A DNA stretch of 64,000 bases, from the NCBI GenBank assembly GCA_963751565.1, contig CAVVVA010000013.1:28902-92901 (forward strand), in the 5' to 3' direction. This DNA comes from an uncultured Actinomycetes bacterium (GTDB lineage: Bacteria; Actinomycetota; Thermoleophilia; UBA2241). Made by a program: the position numbers and the translations under genes. Below the pieces are notes generated by a model. The model did not search any database and was not told the origin of the DNA. It was given only the letters and a program-made list of their open reading frames with translations. Position 1 is the stretch's first letter. Every line of letters starts with the position of its first letter. Positions 1-8,916 of this stretch are shown in pieces.

Positions 1-7
1 TGGCGTC

Positions 8-487
8 ATGCCCTACGAGGTCGAGCTGGTCGATCTCGAGCCGCTCTGGGTGCTCAGCTGCCGGGCGCGCACGACGCGCCCCCAGATCGACGCCGCCTAC
101 GAGAGCTGCGTGGCCGCGATCGACGCGGCCGTCGCCCGCGAGAAGGTCACGCCGGCCGGTCGCGAGGTCGTCCTCTACCACAACGTCCTGCAGTGGTACG
201 AGGGGCTCGACATGGAGGTGTGCCAGCCGGTGAAGCATGGCGGTCGCGCGACGCCCGCCGTGCGGCTGGTCGAGGGCGGCGCCGCGGCGCGCACCGTCTA
301 CCGTGGACCGTGGGAAGCCGACATCTGGCCGGCCTACGCGACCCTGCTGCCGTGGATCGCGCGCCACGGCTACGAGCCGTGGGGGCCCGCGCGCGAGCTC
401 TACGTGGTCGACGAGCGCGACACTGACGACCCGAGCCGCTACGTCACGCAACTCACCTGGACGGTGCGCGACCGTGCCGCGCCGTGA
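8..487 (+). CDS. GyrI-like small-molecule-binding domain protein (stand-alone effector-binding fold)
   Basis: 159-aa ORF with ATG at 8. Length and sequence pattern resemble the GyrI/SbmC-like effector-binding domains of AraC/MerR regulators. No DNA-binding domain is present. Confidence 0.5.
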   Translation: MPYEVELVDLEPLWVLSCRARTTRPQIDAAYESCVAAIDAAVAREKVTPAGREVVLYHNVLQWYEGLDMEVCQPVKHGGRATPAVRLVEGGAAARTVYRGPWEADIWPAYATLLPWIARHGYEPWGPARELYVVDERDTDDPSRYVTQLTWTVRDRAAP

Positions 488-577
488 CCCCACCGCGGCT
501 GTCGGTGTTGACCTTCCCCCCGGGGCAGGGCCCACGGTCGACGCGACGATCCGTCCACGAAGCAAGAAGGGGTGGCG

Positions 578-2035
578 ATGACCGCGAGTACTGATGATGC
601 TCCCTCCCTGACGGCCACCGCGAGCGCCGCCGACCTGAACTACCTGACGGCGGCGGCCGCCCGCGAGCTGTTCCTCGCCCGGGAGCTGTCACCGGTCGAT
701 CTCATGGAGGCGACGATCGCCCGGATCGAGGACGTCGATCCCGTCGTGAACGCCCTGCCCATCCGCTTCTTCGATCAGGCTCTTCAGGCCGCCCGCACAG
801 CCGAGGAGCGTTACGCCGGCCGGCACGGCGGCCCGCGTCCGCTCGAAGGCATCCCCGTCGCCGTCAAGGACGAGGTCGAGGTGGCCGGGCAGCCCTGCAC
901 CGCCGGCTCCCTGGTCTTCAAGGACAGGATCGCCGAGGTCACGGCGGCGAGCGTGCAGCGCATCGTCGACGCCGGCGGCATCATCCACGCGCGCTCGGCC
1001 ACACCCGAATTCTGCTGCGCGGCGATCACCGAGTCCCGGCTGTGGGGAGTCACCCGCAACCCCTGGAACCCGGCCTTCAGCCCCGGCGGCTCGTCGGGCG
1101 GCTCCGGCGCCGCGCTCGCGGCCGGCATGGCCACCTTGGCGACCGGTTCAGACATCGGCGGCTCGATCCGCATCCCGTCGTCGTTCTGCGGCGTCGTCGG
1201 CTTCAAGCCGCCGTACGGCAGGGTGCCCCAGATGCCGCCGTTCAACCTCGACCACTACTGCCACGAGGGTCCCATGGCGCGCGCCGTCGACGACTGCCGC
1301 CTGCTCGAGAACGTCATGGCGGGACCGCACCCCGAGGACATCGTCTCGCTGCGTCCCAAGCTCACCATCCCCGCCGAGCTGCCACCGGTGGCCGGCATGA
1401 CCGTCGCCTGCAGCGTCGACCTCGGCGGCTTCGACGTCGGCGACGAGGTCGTCGCCGCCGTCCGCCGCGCCGCCGAGACGTTCCGCGAGCTCGGCGCCAC
1501 GGTCGAGGAGGTCGAGCTCGGCTGGCCGCTCGACGACATGCGCGAAGCCGCCCGCGCCCACTTCGCGACCATCTTCGGGAGCTGGATCGGCACGATCCTC
1601 GAGCAGCATCGCGACCTGCTGACCCCGTATGCCATCGAGTTTGCGCAAGACGCGGTCACCCGCCCGAACGTGGGCTTCCTGCGGTCGCTCGAGATCGAAG
1701 GAGAGGCCTACGACCACCTCGCGGCGGTGCTCGAGCGCTGCGACCTGCTGATCTGCCCGGTCTTCACCGAGCCGGCGTTGCCGGCGGCGGGCGACTACGA
1801 CATCGAGGTGGTCTTCAGCCGCGCGCTCACGTTCCCGTTCAACATGTGCAGCCGCTGTCCGGTCCTCGTGGCGCCCGTGGCCCGAGCCGGGAGCGGCGTA
1901 GCGATCGGCCTGCAGATCGTGGGCCGCACCTACGACGACACGACCGTCTTCGCGGCGGCCGCCGCCCTCGAACACGCCCATAACTGGTATGAGACCAACG
2001 CAGACCGGCCTGACTGGCCAAGGAGGACGACATGA
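578..2035 (+). CDS. amidase (amidase-signature family)
   Basis: Contains the Gly/Ser-rich amidase signature 'GGSSGGSGAALAAG...GSDIGGSIRIPS'. ATG at 578 lies 9 nt after 'GAAGGGG'; the GTG at 572 is too close to that RBS. The stop overlaps the next start (ATGA at 2032-2035). Confidence 0.85.
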   Translation: MTASTDDAPSLTATASAADLNYLTAAAARELFLARELSPVDLMEATIARIEDVDPVVNALPIRFFDQALQAARTAEERYAGRHGGPRPLEGIPVAVKDEVEVAGQPCTAGSLVFKDRIAEVTAASVQRIVDAGGIIHARSATPEFCCAAITESRLWGVTRNPWNPAFSPGGSSGGSGAALAAGMATLATGSDIGGSIRIPSSFCGVVGFKPPYGRVPQMPPFNLDHYCHEGPMARAVDDCRLLENVMAGPHPEDIVSLRPKLTIPAELPPVAGMTVACSVDLGGFDVGDEVVAAVRRAAETFRELGATVEEVELGWPLDDMREAARAHFATIFGSWIGTILEQHRDLLTPYAIEFAQDAVTRPNVGFLRSLEIEGEAYDHLAAVLERCDLLICPVFTEPALPAAGDYDIEVVFSRALTFPFNMCSRCPVLVAPVARAGSGVAIGLQIVGRTYDDTTVFAAAAALEHAHNWYETNADRPDWPRRTT

Positions 2036-3867
2036 AGCGCAACCCGACCACCCGCCGGCTCCTGCTGATCGTCGTGGCGCTGCTCGCCGCCGGTCTGGTG
2101 TGGGGCCTCGCCGGCGCCCTTGCGGCGAGCTCCTCGCCGTCGCCGGCGTCCGGCAAGGTCGTCCTGAAGATCGGCTGGACGTCGGAGCCCGACAACCTGA
2201 ACCCGTTCGTGGGCTGGGCCACCACGACCTACGAGATCTGGGTGGTCAACTACGACTTCCTGTTCGGCTTCAACGGCCAGACCATGGCGCCGACGCTCAG
2301 TCTCGCGGCGCAGTTTCCCACCCAGGCCAACGGCGGCATCTCACCCGACGGCAAGGTCTGGACCATCCACCTGAAGCCCGATCTGAAGTGGTCGGACGGC
2401 CAGCCGCTCACCGCCGCCGACGTCGCCTTCACCTACAACTACATCGTCAAGAACCACATGGCCAACCTGGCCCTGACGACCACCGGCATCACCGGAGCCA
2501 AGGAGCTCGACCCGACCACCGTGCAGATCACCTGCTCCCGGCCCAAGGCCAACATGGAGGCCATCTTCCTGCCGATCCTGCCCGAGCACATCTGGGAGCA
2601 CGTCTCGCCCAAGGTGGCGGCGACGACTTATGTCAACCAGCCGCCGATCGTCGGCAGCGGCCCGTTCTACACAGTGGCCTTCAAGAAGGGCTCCTACGTC
2701 GAGATGGTCCGCAACCCCTACTACTGGGGCAAGAAGCCGGTCGTCGATGAGATCTTCTTCGAGATGTACCAGGATCCCGACACGATGGTGCAGGACCTGA
2801 AGTCCGGGGTCATCGACGCCGCCTGGGGCATCCCTGAGGCCCAGTTCAAGCAGCTCACGTCGGAGACCGGCCTCCACACCATCGCCTACAACTTCTTCAA
2901 CTGGGACTACCTCGACCTCAACTGCTGCTCGCTGCCCAGTTCAACCGGCAATCCCGTGCTGCGCGACGTGCGCTTCCGCGTTGCCCTCAACTACGCGATC
3001 GACCGCAACAAGCTGTGCCAGATCGCCTACCAGGGCCTCGCGGCGCCGGCCACGTCGATCATGCCGCCGGACACCTGGTCCAACCCCGACTACCACTGGC
3101 AGCCGTCGGCCGACCAGATGTACACGTTCGACCTGGCCAAGGCGAGCCAGATGCTGACCGCCGCGGGGTACCCGCTCGTGAACGGCGTGCGCCTGAACAA
3201 GCAGGGCAAGCCGATCACCCTGCGCCTGGCGACCACGACCGACTTTCCCGAGGGGCAGATCGAGGCCAAGCTGATCGCCGGGTGGTTCGACAAGCTCGGT
3301 CTCAAGATCAACCTCTCGGTGCTCGACAACGGCGCCTTCCTGGCGCGCATGTTCAACTACAAGGGCGCGACCTTCGCGCCCGACTACGACATGGACTTGA
3401 GCGACTGGGCCGGCTACGGCGACCCCGGAGAGACCCTCACCTCGTTCACGACCGCGGAGATCGGCGCCACCAACGAGCCGGCCTGGTCGAACGCCGCCTT
3501 CGACAAGCTGAACGTGCAGCAATCGGCCGCGCTCGATCCCACGACGCGCCGCAACCTCATCTGGCAGATGCAGCAGATCTTCTACCAGCAGTCGCCCCAG
3601 GTCGCGCTCGTCTACCCGGAGTACCTGCAGGCCTACGACACGTCGCGCTGGACCGGCTGGACGCCCATGTTCCACGGCCGCGGTCCGGCCTTCGTCACAA
3701 CCGCCACGGTCGACTCGTACGTCAACCTGCGGCCGGTGGCCGCCACCTCGAGCGGCGGCGGCGCCAAGGGCCTGGTCATCGTCGTCGCGGTAGCCGTCGT
3801 GGTCGTCATCGCGGGCGCCGCGATCTGGTTGACGCGGCGGCGCCGCGGCCGGGCGGAGGAGGCGTGA
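2032..3867 (+). CDS. ABC-transporter family-5 (peptide/nickel type) solute-binding protein with N-terminal signal sequence and C-terminal TM anchor
   Basis: 611-aa ORF preceded by RBS AGGAGG, with an N-terminal hydrophobic signal. SBP_bac_5-like pattern ('LKIGWTSEPDNLNPF', 'GPFY...YVEMVRNPYYWG'). The C-terminus 'GLVIVVAVAVVVVIAGAAIWLTRRRRGR' is a TM helix followed by a basic tail. Confidence 0.85.
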   Translation: MKRNPTTRRLLLIVVALLAAGLVWGLAGALAASSSPSPASGKVVLKIGWTSEPDNLNPFVGWATTTYEIWVVNYDFLFGFNGQTMAPTLSLAAQFPTQANGGISPDGKVWTIHLKPDLKWSDGQPLTAADVAFTYNYIVKNHMANLALTTTGITGAKELDPTTVQITCSRPKANMEAIFLPILPEHIWEHVSPKVAATTYVNQPPIVGSGPFYTVAFKKGSYVEMVRNPYYWGKKPVVDEIFFEMYQDPDTMVQDLKSGVIDAAWGIPEAQFKQLTSETGLHTIAYNFFNWDYLDLNCCSLPSSTGNPVLRDVRFRVALNYAIDRNKLCQIAYQGLAAPATSIMPPDTWSNPDYHWQPSADQMYTFDLAKASQMLTAAGYPLVNGVRLNKQGKPITLRLATTTDFPEGQIEAKLIAGWFDKLGLKINLSVLDNGAFLARMFNYKGATFAPDYDMDLSDWAGYGDPGETLTSFTTAEIGATNEPAWSNAAFDKLNVQQSAALDPTTRRNLIWQMQQIFYQQSPQVALVYPEYLQAYDTSRWTGWTPMFHGRGPAFVTTATVDSYVNLRPVAATSSGGGAKGLVIVVAVAVVVVIAGAAIWLTRRRRGRAEEA

Positions 3868-5579
3868 GCGGCGTAGGCGGCGCGAGCGGCGCGAGCGGCA
3901 CGAGCGGCGCATCGGGCGCGGCGCGGGACGCCACCCGCCCGGCCGACAGCGCGCTGCTGAACGGGGTGGTCTACACCGCCGGCCGTGGCGGCGGCGTCGC
4001 CCAGGCCGTGGCCGTCGGCGGCGGCCGCATCGTCGCCGTAGGCAGCGACGACGACGTGCGCAGGGTCTGCGACCCGTCCACGCGGCTCATCGACCTCGGG
4101 GGGCGCCTCGTGCTGCCCGGGTTCATCGACAGCCACGCCCACGCCAGCGAGACGGTCGGCGACGTCTTCGGCGTCAGGCTGAAGGGCCTGGCATCGCTCC
4201 AGGAGTACGTGGCGGCGGTGCGCGACTTCGCCGCCGACCACCCGGAGCTTCCCGCCATCCGCGGCTGGGGCTGGAGCAACGTCGTCGTCCCCCGGCGTGG
4301 CCCCACGGCGGCCGCGCTCGACGCCGCGGTGACCGACAGACCGGCCCTGCTCACCTCAGAGGATGGACACTCCCTCTGGGCGAACAGCCTCGCGCTACGG
4401 CGCGCCGGCCTGGACGCCGGCACGCCGGACCCGGCCAACGGTGTGATCGAGCGCGACCCGGCCACGGGGGAGCCGTCGGGCACGTTGCGCGAAGGGGCCC
4501 AGCACCTCGTGCTCTCGGCGACTGCGCCCTTCACCAGCGCGCAGTACGCCGAGGGCATCCGTCACTTCCAGAGCGAGGTCGCCGGTCCCCTGGGCATAAC
4601 CACCGTCTTCGACCCGATGCTCGTCGCCGGCGAGCCGGTCTTCGACGCCTTCGAAAAGCTGCAGCACGATGGCGAGCTCACGGTGCGTTACCGCGCGGGC
4701 TTCTGGCTGCGCTCCGACCTGCCCGTCGACGAACAGCTGCGGGCGGCAAGCGCCGAGCGCGACCGGCACGACGGCGCGCTGTTTCAGGCCGACACCGTCA
4801 AGCTGTTCGCCGACGGCGTCATCGAGGGTCACACGGCCTACCTCGACGAACCCTACGCCGACACGCCCGGGAACCGCGGCTTTCCCGAGTGGCCGGCTGC
4901 CGCCCTGAACGCGGCCTCGGTCGCGGCGGCCGGCGCGGGGTTCGAGCTCCACTACCACGCGATCGGCGACGCCGGCACGGCGCTGGCGCTCGACGCCATC
5001 GCCGCCGCGCGGGACGCCGGCTACTCCGCCGGCCGGCCGGCGATCACGCACGTCCAGCTCACGCGGCGCGGCGACATCGAGAGGTTCGCCGAGCTCGGCG
5101 TGACCGCCGTCCTCAACCCCTACTGGTTCCTCAAGGACGACTACTTCTACGACCTCCAGGTGCCCTATCTGGGGCTCGAGCGGGCCGAGCGCGAATACCC
5201 CATGGCGAGCTTCTTCGCGGCGGGAGTGCCGGTCGCCTCGGCGAGCGACTTTCCGGTGACGGTGCCGCCCGACCCCCTGACCGGCATCCAGGTCGGTGTG
5301 ATGCGCTCCCTATCCGGCGAGACCGCCCCGGGCGACGTGCTGTGGCCCGAGGAGCGGGTCACCGTCGAGCAGATGATCGAAAGCTTCACGATCGCCGGAG
5401 CGCGCGCCCACGGCCTCGCCGACGAGACCGGGTCGATCGCCGCCGGCAAGTCGGCCGACCTGATCGTGCTCGATGCGAACATCCTGGCCGCGCCCCCCGA
5501 GGAGATCGGCGCGGCCAGCGTCTGCCTCACCGTCTTTCGCGGCGACGAGGTCTACCGCGCCGAGGGGTTCACCGCGTAG
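3864..5579 (+). CDS. metal-dependent amidohydrolase (YtcJ-like, Amidohydro_3 family)
   Basis: GTG at 3864 overlaps the SBP stop (GTGA). Motifs 'PGFIDSHAHA', 'ELHYHAIGD' and 'SDFPV' are typical of the TIM-barrel amidohydrolase family. The ORF-track extension back to 3015 lies inside the SBP gene and is spurious. Confidence 0.8.
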   Translation: MSGVGGASGASGTSGASGAARDATRPADSALLNGVVYTAGRGGGVAQAVAVGGGRIVAVGSDDDVRRVCDPSTRLIDLGGRLVLPGFIDSHAHASETVGDVFGVRLKGLASLQEYVAAVRDFAADHPELPAIRGWGWSNVVVPRRGPTAAALDAAVTDRPALLTSEDGHSLWANSLALRRAGLDAGTPDPANGVIERDPATGEPSGTLREGAQHLVLSATAPFTSAQYAEGIRHFQSEVAGPLGITTVFDPMLVAGEPVFDAFEKLQHDGELTVRYRAGFWLRSDLPVDEQLRAASAERDRHDGALFQADTVKLFADGVIEGHTAYLDEPYADTPGNRGFPEWPAAALNAASVAAAGAGFELHYHAIGDAGTALALDAIAAARDAGYSAGRPAITHVQLTRRGDIERFAELGVTAVLNPYWFLKDDYFYDLQVPYLGLERAEREYPMASFFAAGVPVASASDFPVTVPPDPLTGIQVGVMRSLSGETAPGDVLWPEERVTVEQMIESFTIAGARAHGLADETGSIAAGKSADLIVLDANILAAPPEEIGAASVCLTVFRGDEVYRAEGFTA

Positions 5580-5610
5580 CACCGACCGCCGGGCAAAGGC
5601 CCGGCACGAC

Positions 5611-5654
5611 CGCGCGGCGGCGGGGGCGCGTTTACGCGCCCCCGCCGCCGCGCG
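5611..5654 (+). terminator. perfect 20-bp stem / 4-nt loop hairpin after the amidohydrolase gene
   Basis: 'cgcgcggcggcgggggcgcg-ttta-cgcgcccccgccgccgcgcg' is an exact inverted repeat. A 7-bp hairpin precedes it at 5588-5605 ('gccgggc-aaag-gcccggc'). There is no long T tract. Confidence 0.55.
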
Positions 5655-5754
5655 TAGACTTTCGTGAAAGACTTGAGACGCGCCCTCGCGCCCGCGGTGC
5701 ATATCTGTCGCGGTCGCCGGAAAGGACGGCGCGTCCCTACGACGAGGAGGCCAC

Positions 5755-7071
5755 ATGCGCGTTCTGGTTGTCGGCGGCGGCGGTCGCGAACACGCCCTCG
5801 TCCATGCCTTCTGCACCTCGCCGCTGGCCACCCACGTGTTCTGCGCGCCCGGCAACGCCGGCATCGGCCAGGAGGCCGACCCGATCGCCGTCGAGGCCGA
5901 CGATCTCGCCGGCCTGCTCTCGTTCGCGCGGCGCGAGAAGATCGACCTGACCGTCGTCGGCCCCGAAGTGCCGCTCGTCGCGGGCATCGCCGACCTCTTC
6001 ACCGAGAACGGCCTGCTCGTGTTCGGTCCGCAACGCGAGGCCGCCCGGCTCGAAGGCAGCAAGGCCTTCGCCAAGGAGATCATGGACGAGGCCCACGTGC
6101 CCAACGGGCGCTACACTCGCCACGACGACCTCTGCGCCGCGCTGGCCGACGTCGAGGGCCGGGAGTCGTTTCCACTCGTGGTCAAGGCCGATGGTTTGGC
6201 CGCCGGCAAGGGCGTGATCATCTGCCAGAATGCCGACGAGGCGCGCGCCGCGGTCCGGCTCTGCCTCGCCGACCGCGCCTTCGGAGCGGCCGGCGGCACG
6301 GTGCTGATCGAGGAGTTCCTGAGCGGCTCCGAGGTGTCGCTGCTGGCCCTGTGCGACGGCACGCGCGTCGTGCCGATGGCGCCGGCCCAGGACTACAAAC
6401 GCATCTTCACCGGCGATCAGGGCCCCAATACCGGCGGCATGGGCAGCTACTGCCCCGTGCCCGGTTTCGACGCCGAGGTCGCCGAGACGGTGGCCGACGA
6501 CCTCTTCCGGCCGGTGCTCGACGCGCTGCGCCGGCGCGGCATCGAGTATCGCGGCGTGCTGTACGGCGGGCTCATCGTCACGGAGCGCGGCGTCAAGCTG
6601 CTCGAGTTCAACTGCCGCTTCGGCGATCCCGAGACCCAGGCCATCCTGCCGCGCCTCGACAGCGACCTCCTCGAAGCCTGCCTGGCGACGGCCCGCGGCG
6701 AGCTCGACACCGTCGGCCTGCGCTGGAGGCCGGAACCGTGCGTGTCGGTCGTCGCGGCCTCGGCCGGCTACCCGGCGTCGAGCTCGAAGGGCGACGTGAT
6801 CGATGGGCTCTCCGAGGCGGCCGCGCTGCCCGACGTCACGGTCTACCACGCCGCCACGGCCGTGCACGGCCACGACATCGTGACCGCCGGCGGACGGGTG
6901 CTCGCGGTCAGCGCCCTCGGCGCCCACTTCGCCGATGCGCGCGAGCGCGCCTACGGCGCGCTCGCGCGCATCTCCTTTGCCGGCATGCAGGCGCGCCTCG
7001 ACATCGCCGAGCGGGCGGTGCGGGCCGAGGCCGGCGAGATCGCCCTGTTTCCCGCCGACTGGGACGACTAG
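5755..7071 (+). CDS. purD: phosphoribosylamine--glycine ligase
   Basis: N-terminus 'MRVLVVGGGGREHAL', then 'SKAFAK..M', 'VVKADGLAAGKGV', 'EFNCRFGDPETQ', and full-length ATP-grasp architecture. RBS is GAGGAGG. Confidence 0.95.
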   Translation: MRVLVVGGGGREHALVHAFCTSPLATHVFCAPGNAGIGQEADPIAVEADDLAGLLSFARREKIDLTVVGPEVPLVAGIADLFTENGLLVFGPQREAARLEGSKAFAKEIMDEAHVPNGRYTRHDDLCAALADVEGRESFPLVVKADGLAAGKGVIICQNADEARAAVRLCLADRAFGAAGGTVLIEEFLSGSEVSLLALCDGTRVVPMAPAQDYKRIFTGDQGPNTGGMGSYCPVPGFDAEVAETVADDLFRPVLDALRRRGIEYRGVLYGGLIVTERGVKLLEFNCRFGDPETQAILPRLDSDLLEACLATARGELDTVGLRWRPEPCVSVVAASAGYPASSSKGDVIDGLSEAAALPDVTVYHAATAVHGHDIVTAGGRVLAVSALGAHFADARERAYGALARISFAGMQARLDIAERAVRAEAGEIALFPADWDD

Positions 7072-7299
7072 GCCGCGGTGGCTCTCGCCTGGCATCGCAC
7101 AGGCGAGCCTTCACCGAAGCGATGGTCCGCCGCCCTGCGCCCGTCCGGCGACGGCCGGTCGGCAAACGCGCCGTCCGCCGGGCCGTAGCGCACGGCAGGC
7201 GCCGCCCACCCGGCCGCGTCCCGACGGTTCTGGTTCGCGCCCGTCGGTGGGGGTAAGCTCTGCCGGAGATCAAGCGCCGCACAGCGCGACCCGAAGGGA

Positions 7300-7755
7300 G
7301 TGGCAGTGGAGAAGACCAGTACCGAGGTCGACGCGCTGCTGGTCGGCATCGAGTTCGAACCCGTGCTCGTGGGTATCGTCATGGGCAGCGAATCCGACCG
7401 CGAGGTCATGGAGGCCGCCGGACGCGAGCTCGACGAGCGCCGCATACGCCATGAGATCCAGGTCATGTCGGCTCATCGCGACCCCGAGAAGGTCGCCCAC
7501 TATGCCCGCACGGCGCAGGCCCGCGGACTCAAGGTGCTGATCGCCGGCGCCGGCAAGGCGGCTGCGCTCCCCGGGGTGATCGCCTCCTACACCAACCTGC
7601 CGGTCATAGGGGTGCCCATCAAGACGAGCGACCTCGGCGGTCTCGACTCCCTGCTGTCGATCGTGCAGATGCCGCCCGGCGTGCCGGTCGCCTGCGTCGC
7701 CATCAACGGCGCCCGCAACGCCGCCATCCTGGCGGCGAAGATCCTCGACGTCTGA
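7300..7755 (+). CDS. purE: N5-carboxyaminoimidazole ribonucleotide mutase
   Basis: '[10 protein letters not shown]...MSAHR.P....Y......[26 protein letters not shown]' is the classic PurE core. GTG start at 7300. Confidence 0.9.
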   Translation: MAVEKTSTEVDALLVGIEFEPVLVGIVMGSESDREVMEAAGRELDERRIRHEIQVMSAHRDPEKVAHYARTAQARGLKVLIAGAGKAAALPGVIASYTNLPVIGVPIKTSDLGGLDSLLSIVQMPPGVPVACVAINGARNAAILAAKILDV

Positions 7756-7776
7756 AGAACCGAAGAAGGGCAGTCG

Positions 7777-7908
7777 ATGAGTGACGATCCCCGCAAGTCG
7801 CGCTTGCCGCCCGACCAGCGGCGCCAGATCCTGGTCATGGCGATCAGCGGCCTCAGCTTCGTCGTCGTTCTCGCCCTGATCGGCCTGCTGCTGCACTTTG
7901 TCGGTTGA
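7777..7908 (+). CDS. small hypothetical membrane protein (43 aa)
   Basis: ATG at 7777, 22 nt after the purE stop. It encodes a charged N-terminus followed by one hydrophobic helix ('ILVMAISGLSFVVVLALIGLLLHFVG'). It is below the ORF-track cutoff and I recognise no homology. Confidence 0.3.
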   Translation: MSDDPRKSRLPPDQRRQILVMAISGLSFVVVLALIGLLLHFVG

Positions 7909-7945
7909 CGCACCCGCCAAGCACCCGCCTCGCAAGGAGCTCGAG

Positions 7946-8326
7946 ATGATCAAGCAGACCCTGACGTCGCCGGCGGCCGCCCCCGCGATCGGTCCCTACT
8001 CTCCAGCCGTGCAGACCGAACGCCTGGTGTTCTTCTCCGGGCAGGTGCCGTTCGACTCGCACGGCGCGGTCGTCGGTCAGACGGCCGCCGACCAGGCCCG
8101 CCAGGCGCTCGCCAATCTGCGTCACCTGCTCGACGCCGGCGCCCTGACGACTCACGCGGTCGTCAAGACCACGATCTTCCTGACCGACATGAACGACTTC
8201 GCCGCGGTGAACGACGTCTACGCCGAGTTCTTCGAAAAGCCGTATCCGGCGCGCTCGACGGTCGCCGTCGCCGGCCTGCCCAAGGGCGTCAAGGTCGAGA
8301 TCGAAGCCATCGCCATGCGAGAGTGA
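7946..8326 (+). CDS. RidA/YjgF family reactive-intermediate deaminase
   Basis: 'APAAIGPYSPAV....LVFFSGQVP....G.........Q..Q.L.NL..L....G......VVKTTIFL.DM.DFA.VN.VY..FF....PARS.V.VA.LP.G..VEIEAIA'. ATG at 7946 is preceded by AAGGAG at 7934-7939. Confidence 0.85.
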   Translation: MIKQTLTSPAAAPAIGPYSPAVQTERLVFFSGQVPFDSHGAVVGQTAADQARQALANLRHLLDAGALTTHAVVKTTIFLTDMNDFAAVNDVYAEFFEKPYPARSTVAVAGLPKGVKVEIEAIAMRE

Positions 8327-8335
8327 CCGGATCCG

Positions 8336-8839
8336 GTGAGCGAACAGAGACCGACGAGGACGATCTACGGATCGGCGGCGGGCGCGGCCGCGCCCGCCGC
8401 CGATCCGTCCGCGGCGCGACCTCGCCGTCTGCGCGACGCGTGGTGGCTGGCGCCGGTGCTCGCCCTGGTCGTGCTGTTCGCGGCCTTCGTCGTGGCGAGC
8501 TTCTTCTTGCTCGGCGGCGTCGGCCTGCTGCAGTACGTCGGCGTCACGTTGTCGGGCCAGAAGTTCGCCGGCGCCTGGGGTTCGTCGGACACGGCCCTCG
8601 GTACGGCGGTCATCCACATCACGAAGAGCGGCGGCGCCTACACGATCGCCGGCGCGCGCATCCTAAGCGAGCCCACCGCCGCGGCGCAGGTCAAAGACGA
8701 CGCCCTCGTGGCGACCGGCGTCGCGAAAGGCGTGTCCTGGCAGCTCTCGCTGTCGTTTGTCAACCGCGACCAGCTGCGCGCCCGGGTGACCTACGGCGAC
8801 GGCCGGCCTCCCCTGGAGACGCTGCTCACCCGACAGTAG
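8336..8839 (+). CDS. hypothetical membrane-anchored protein
   Basis: 167-aa ORF with a GTG start. A basic N-terminus is followed by one TM helix ('WWLAPVLALVVLFAAFVVASFFLLGGVGLL') and a soluble domain. No family recognised. Confidence 0.45.
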   Translation: MSEQRPTRTIYGSAAGAAAPAADPSAARPRRLRDAWWLAPVLALVVLFAAFVVASFFLLGGVGLLQYVGVTLSGQKFAGAWGSSDTALGTAVIHITKSGGAYTIAGARILSEPTAAAQVKDDALVATGVAKGVSWQLSLSFVNRDQLRARVTYGDGRPPLETLLTRQ

Positions 8840-8916
8840 CCGGCGACCCGGCGTCCCGGTCTGGTTTTCTGTGAGAGAATCTTCCCGTCTCTGACGGCCG
8901 CGACGGAGGGCTCCCC

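Noticed and set aside
5655-5754. Purine or ZTP (pfl) riboswitches upstream of purD, purE, purB, purS, purM and purH
   Set aside because: I read each leader (5655-5754, 7072-7299, 8840-8916, 29948-30033, 35745-35776, 39861-39954). I found neither the ZTP 'GGGUCGUG...CCGGGC...CCGCCUGGGCA' elements nor a purine-riboswitch three-way junction. Only -10-like hexamers and Shine-Dalgarno sequences were seen. A covariance-model scan is still needed for certainty.
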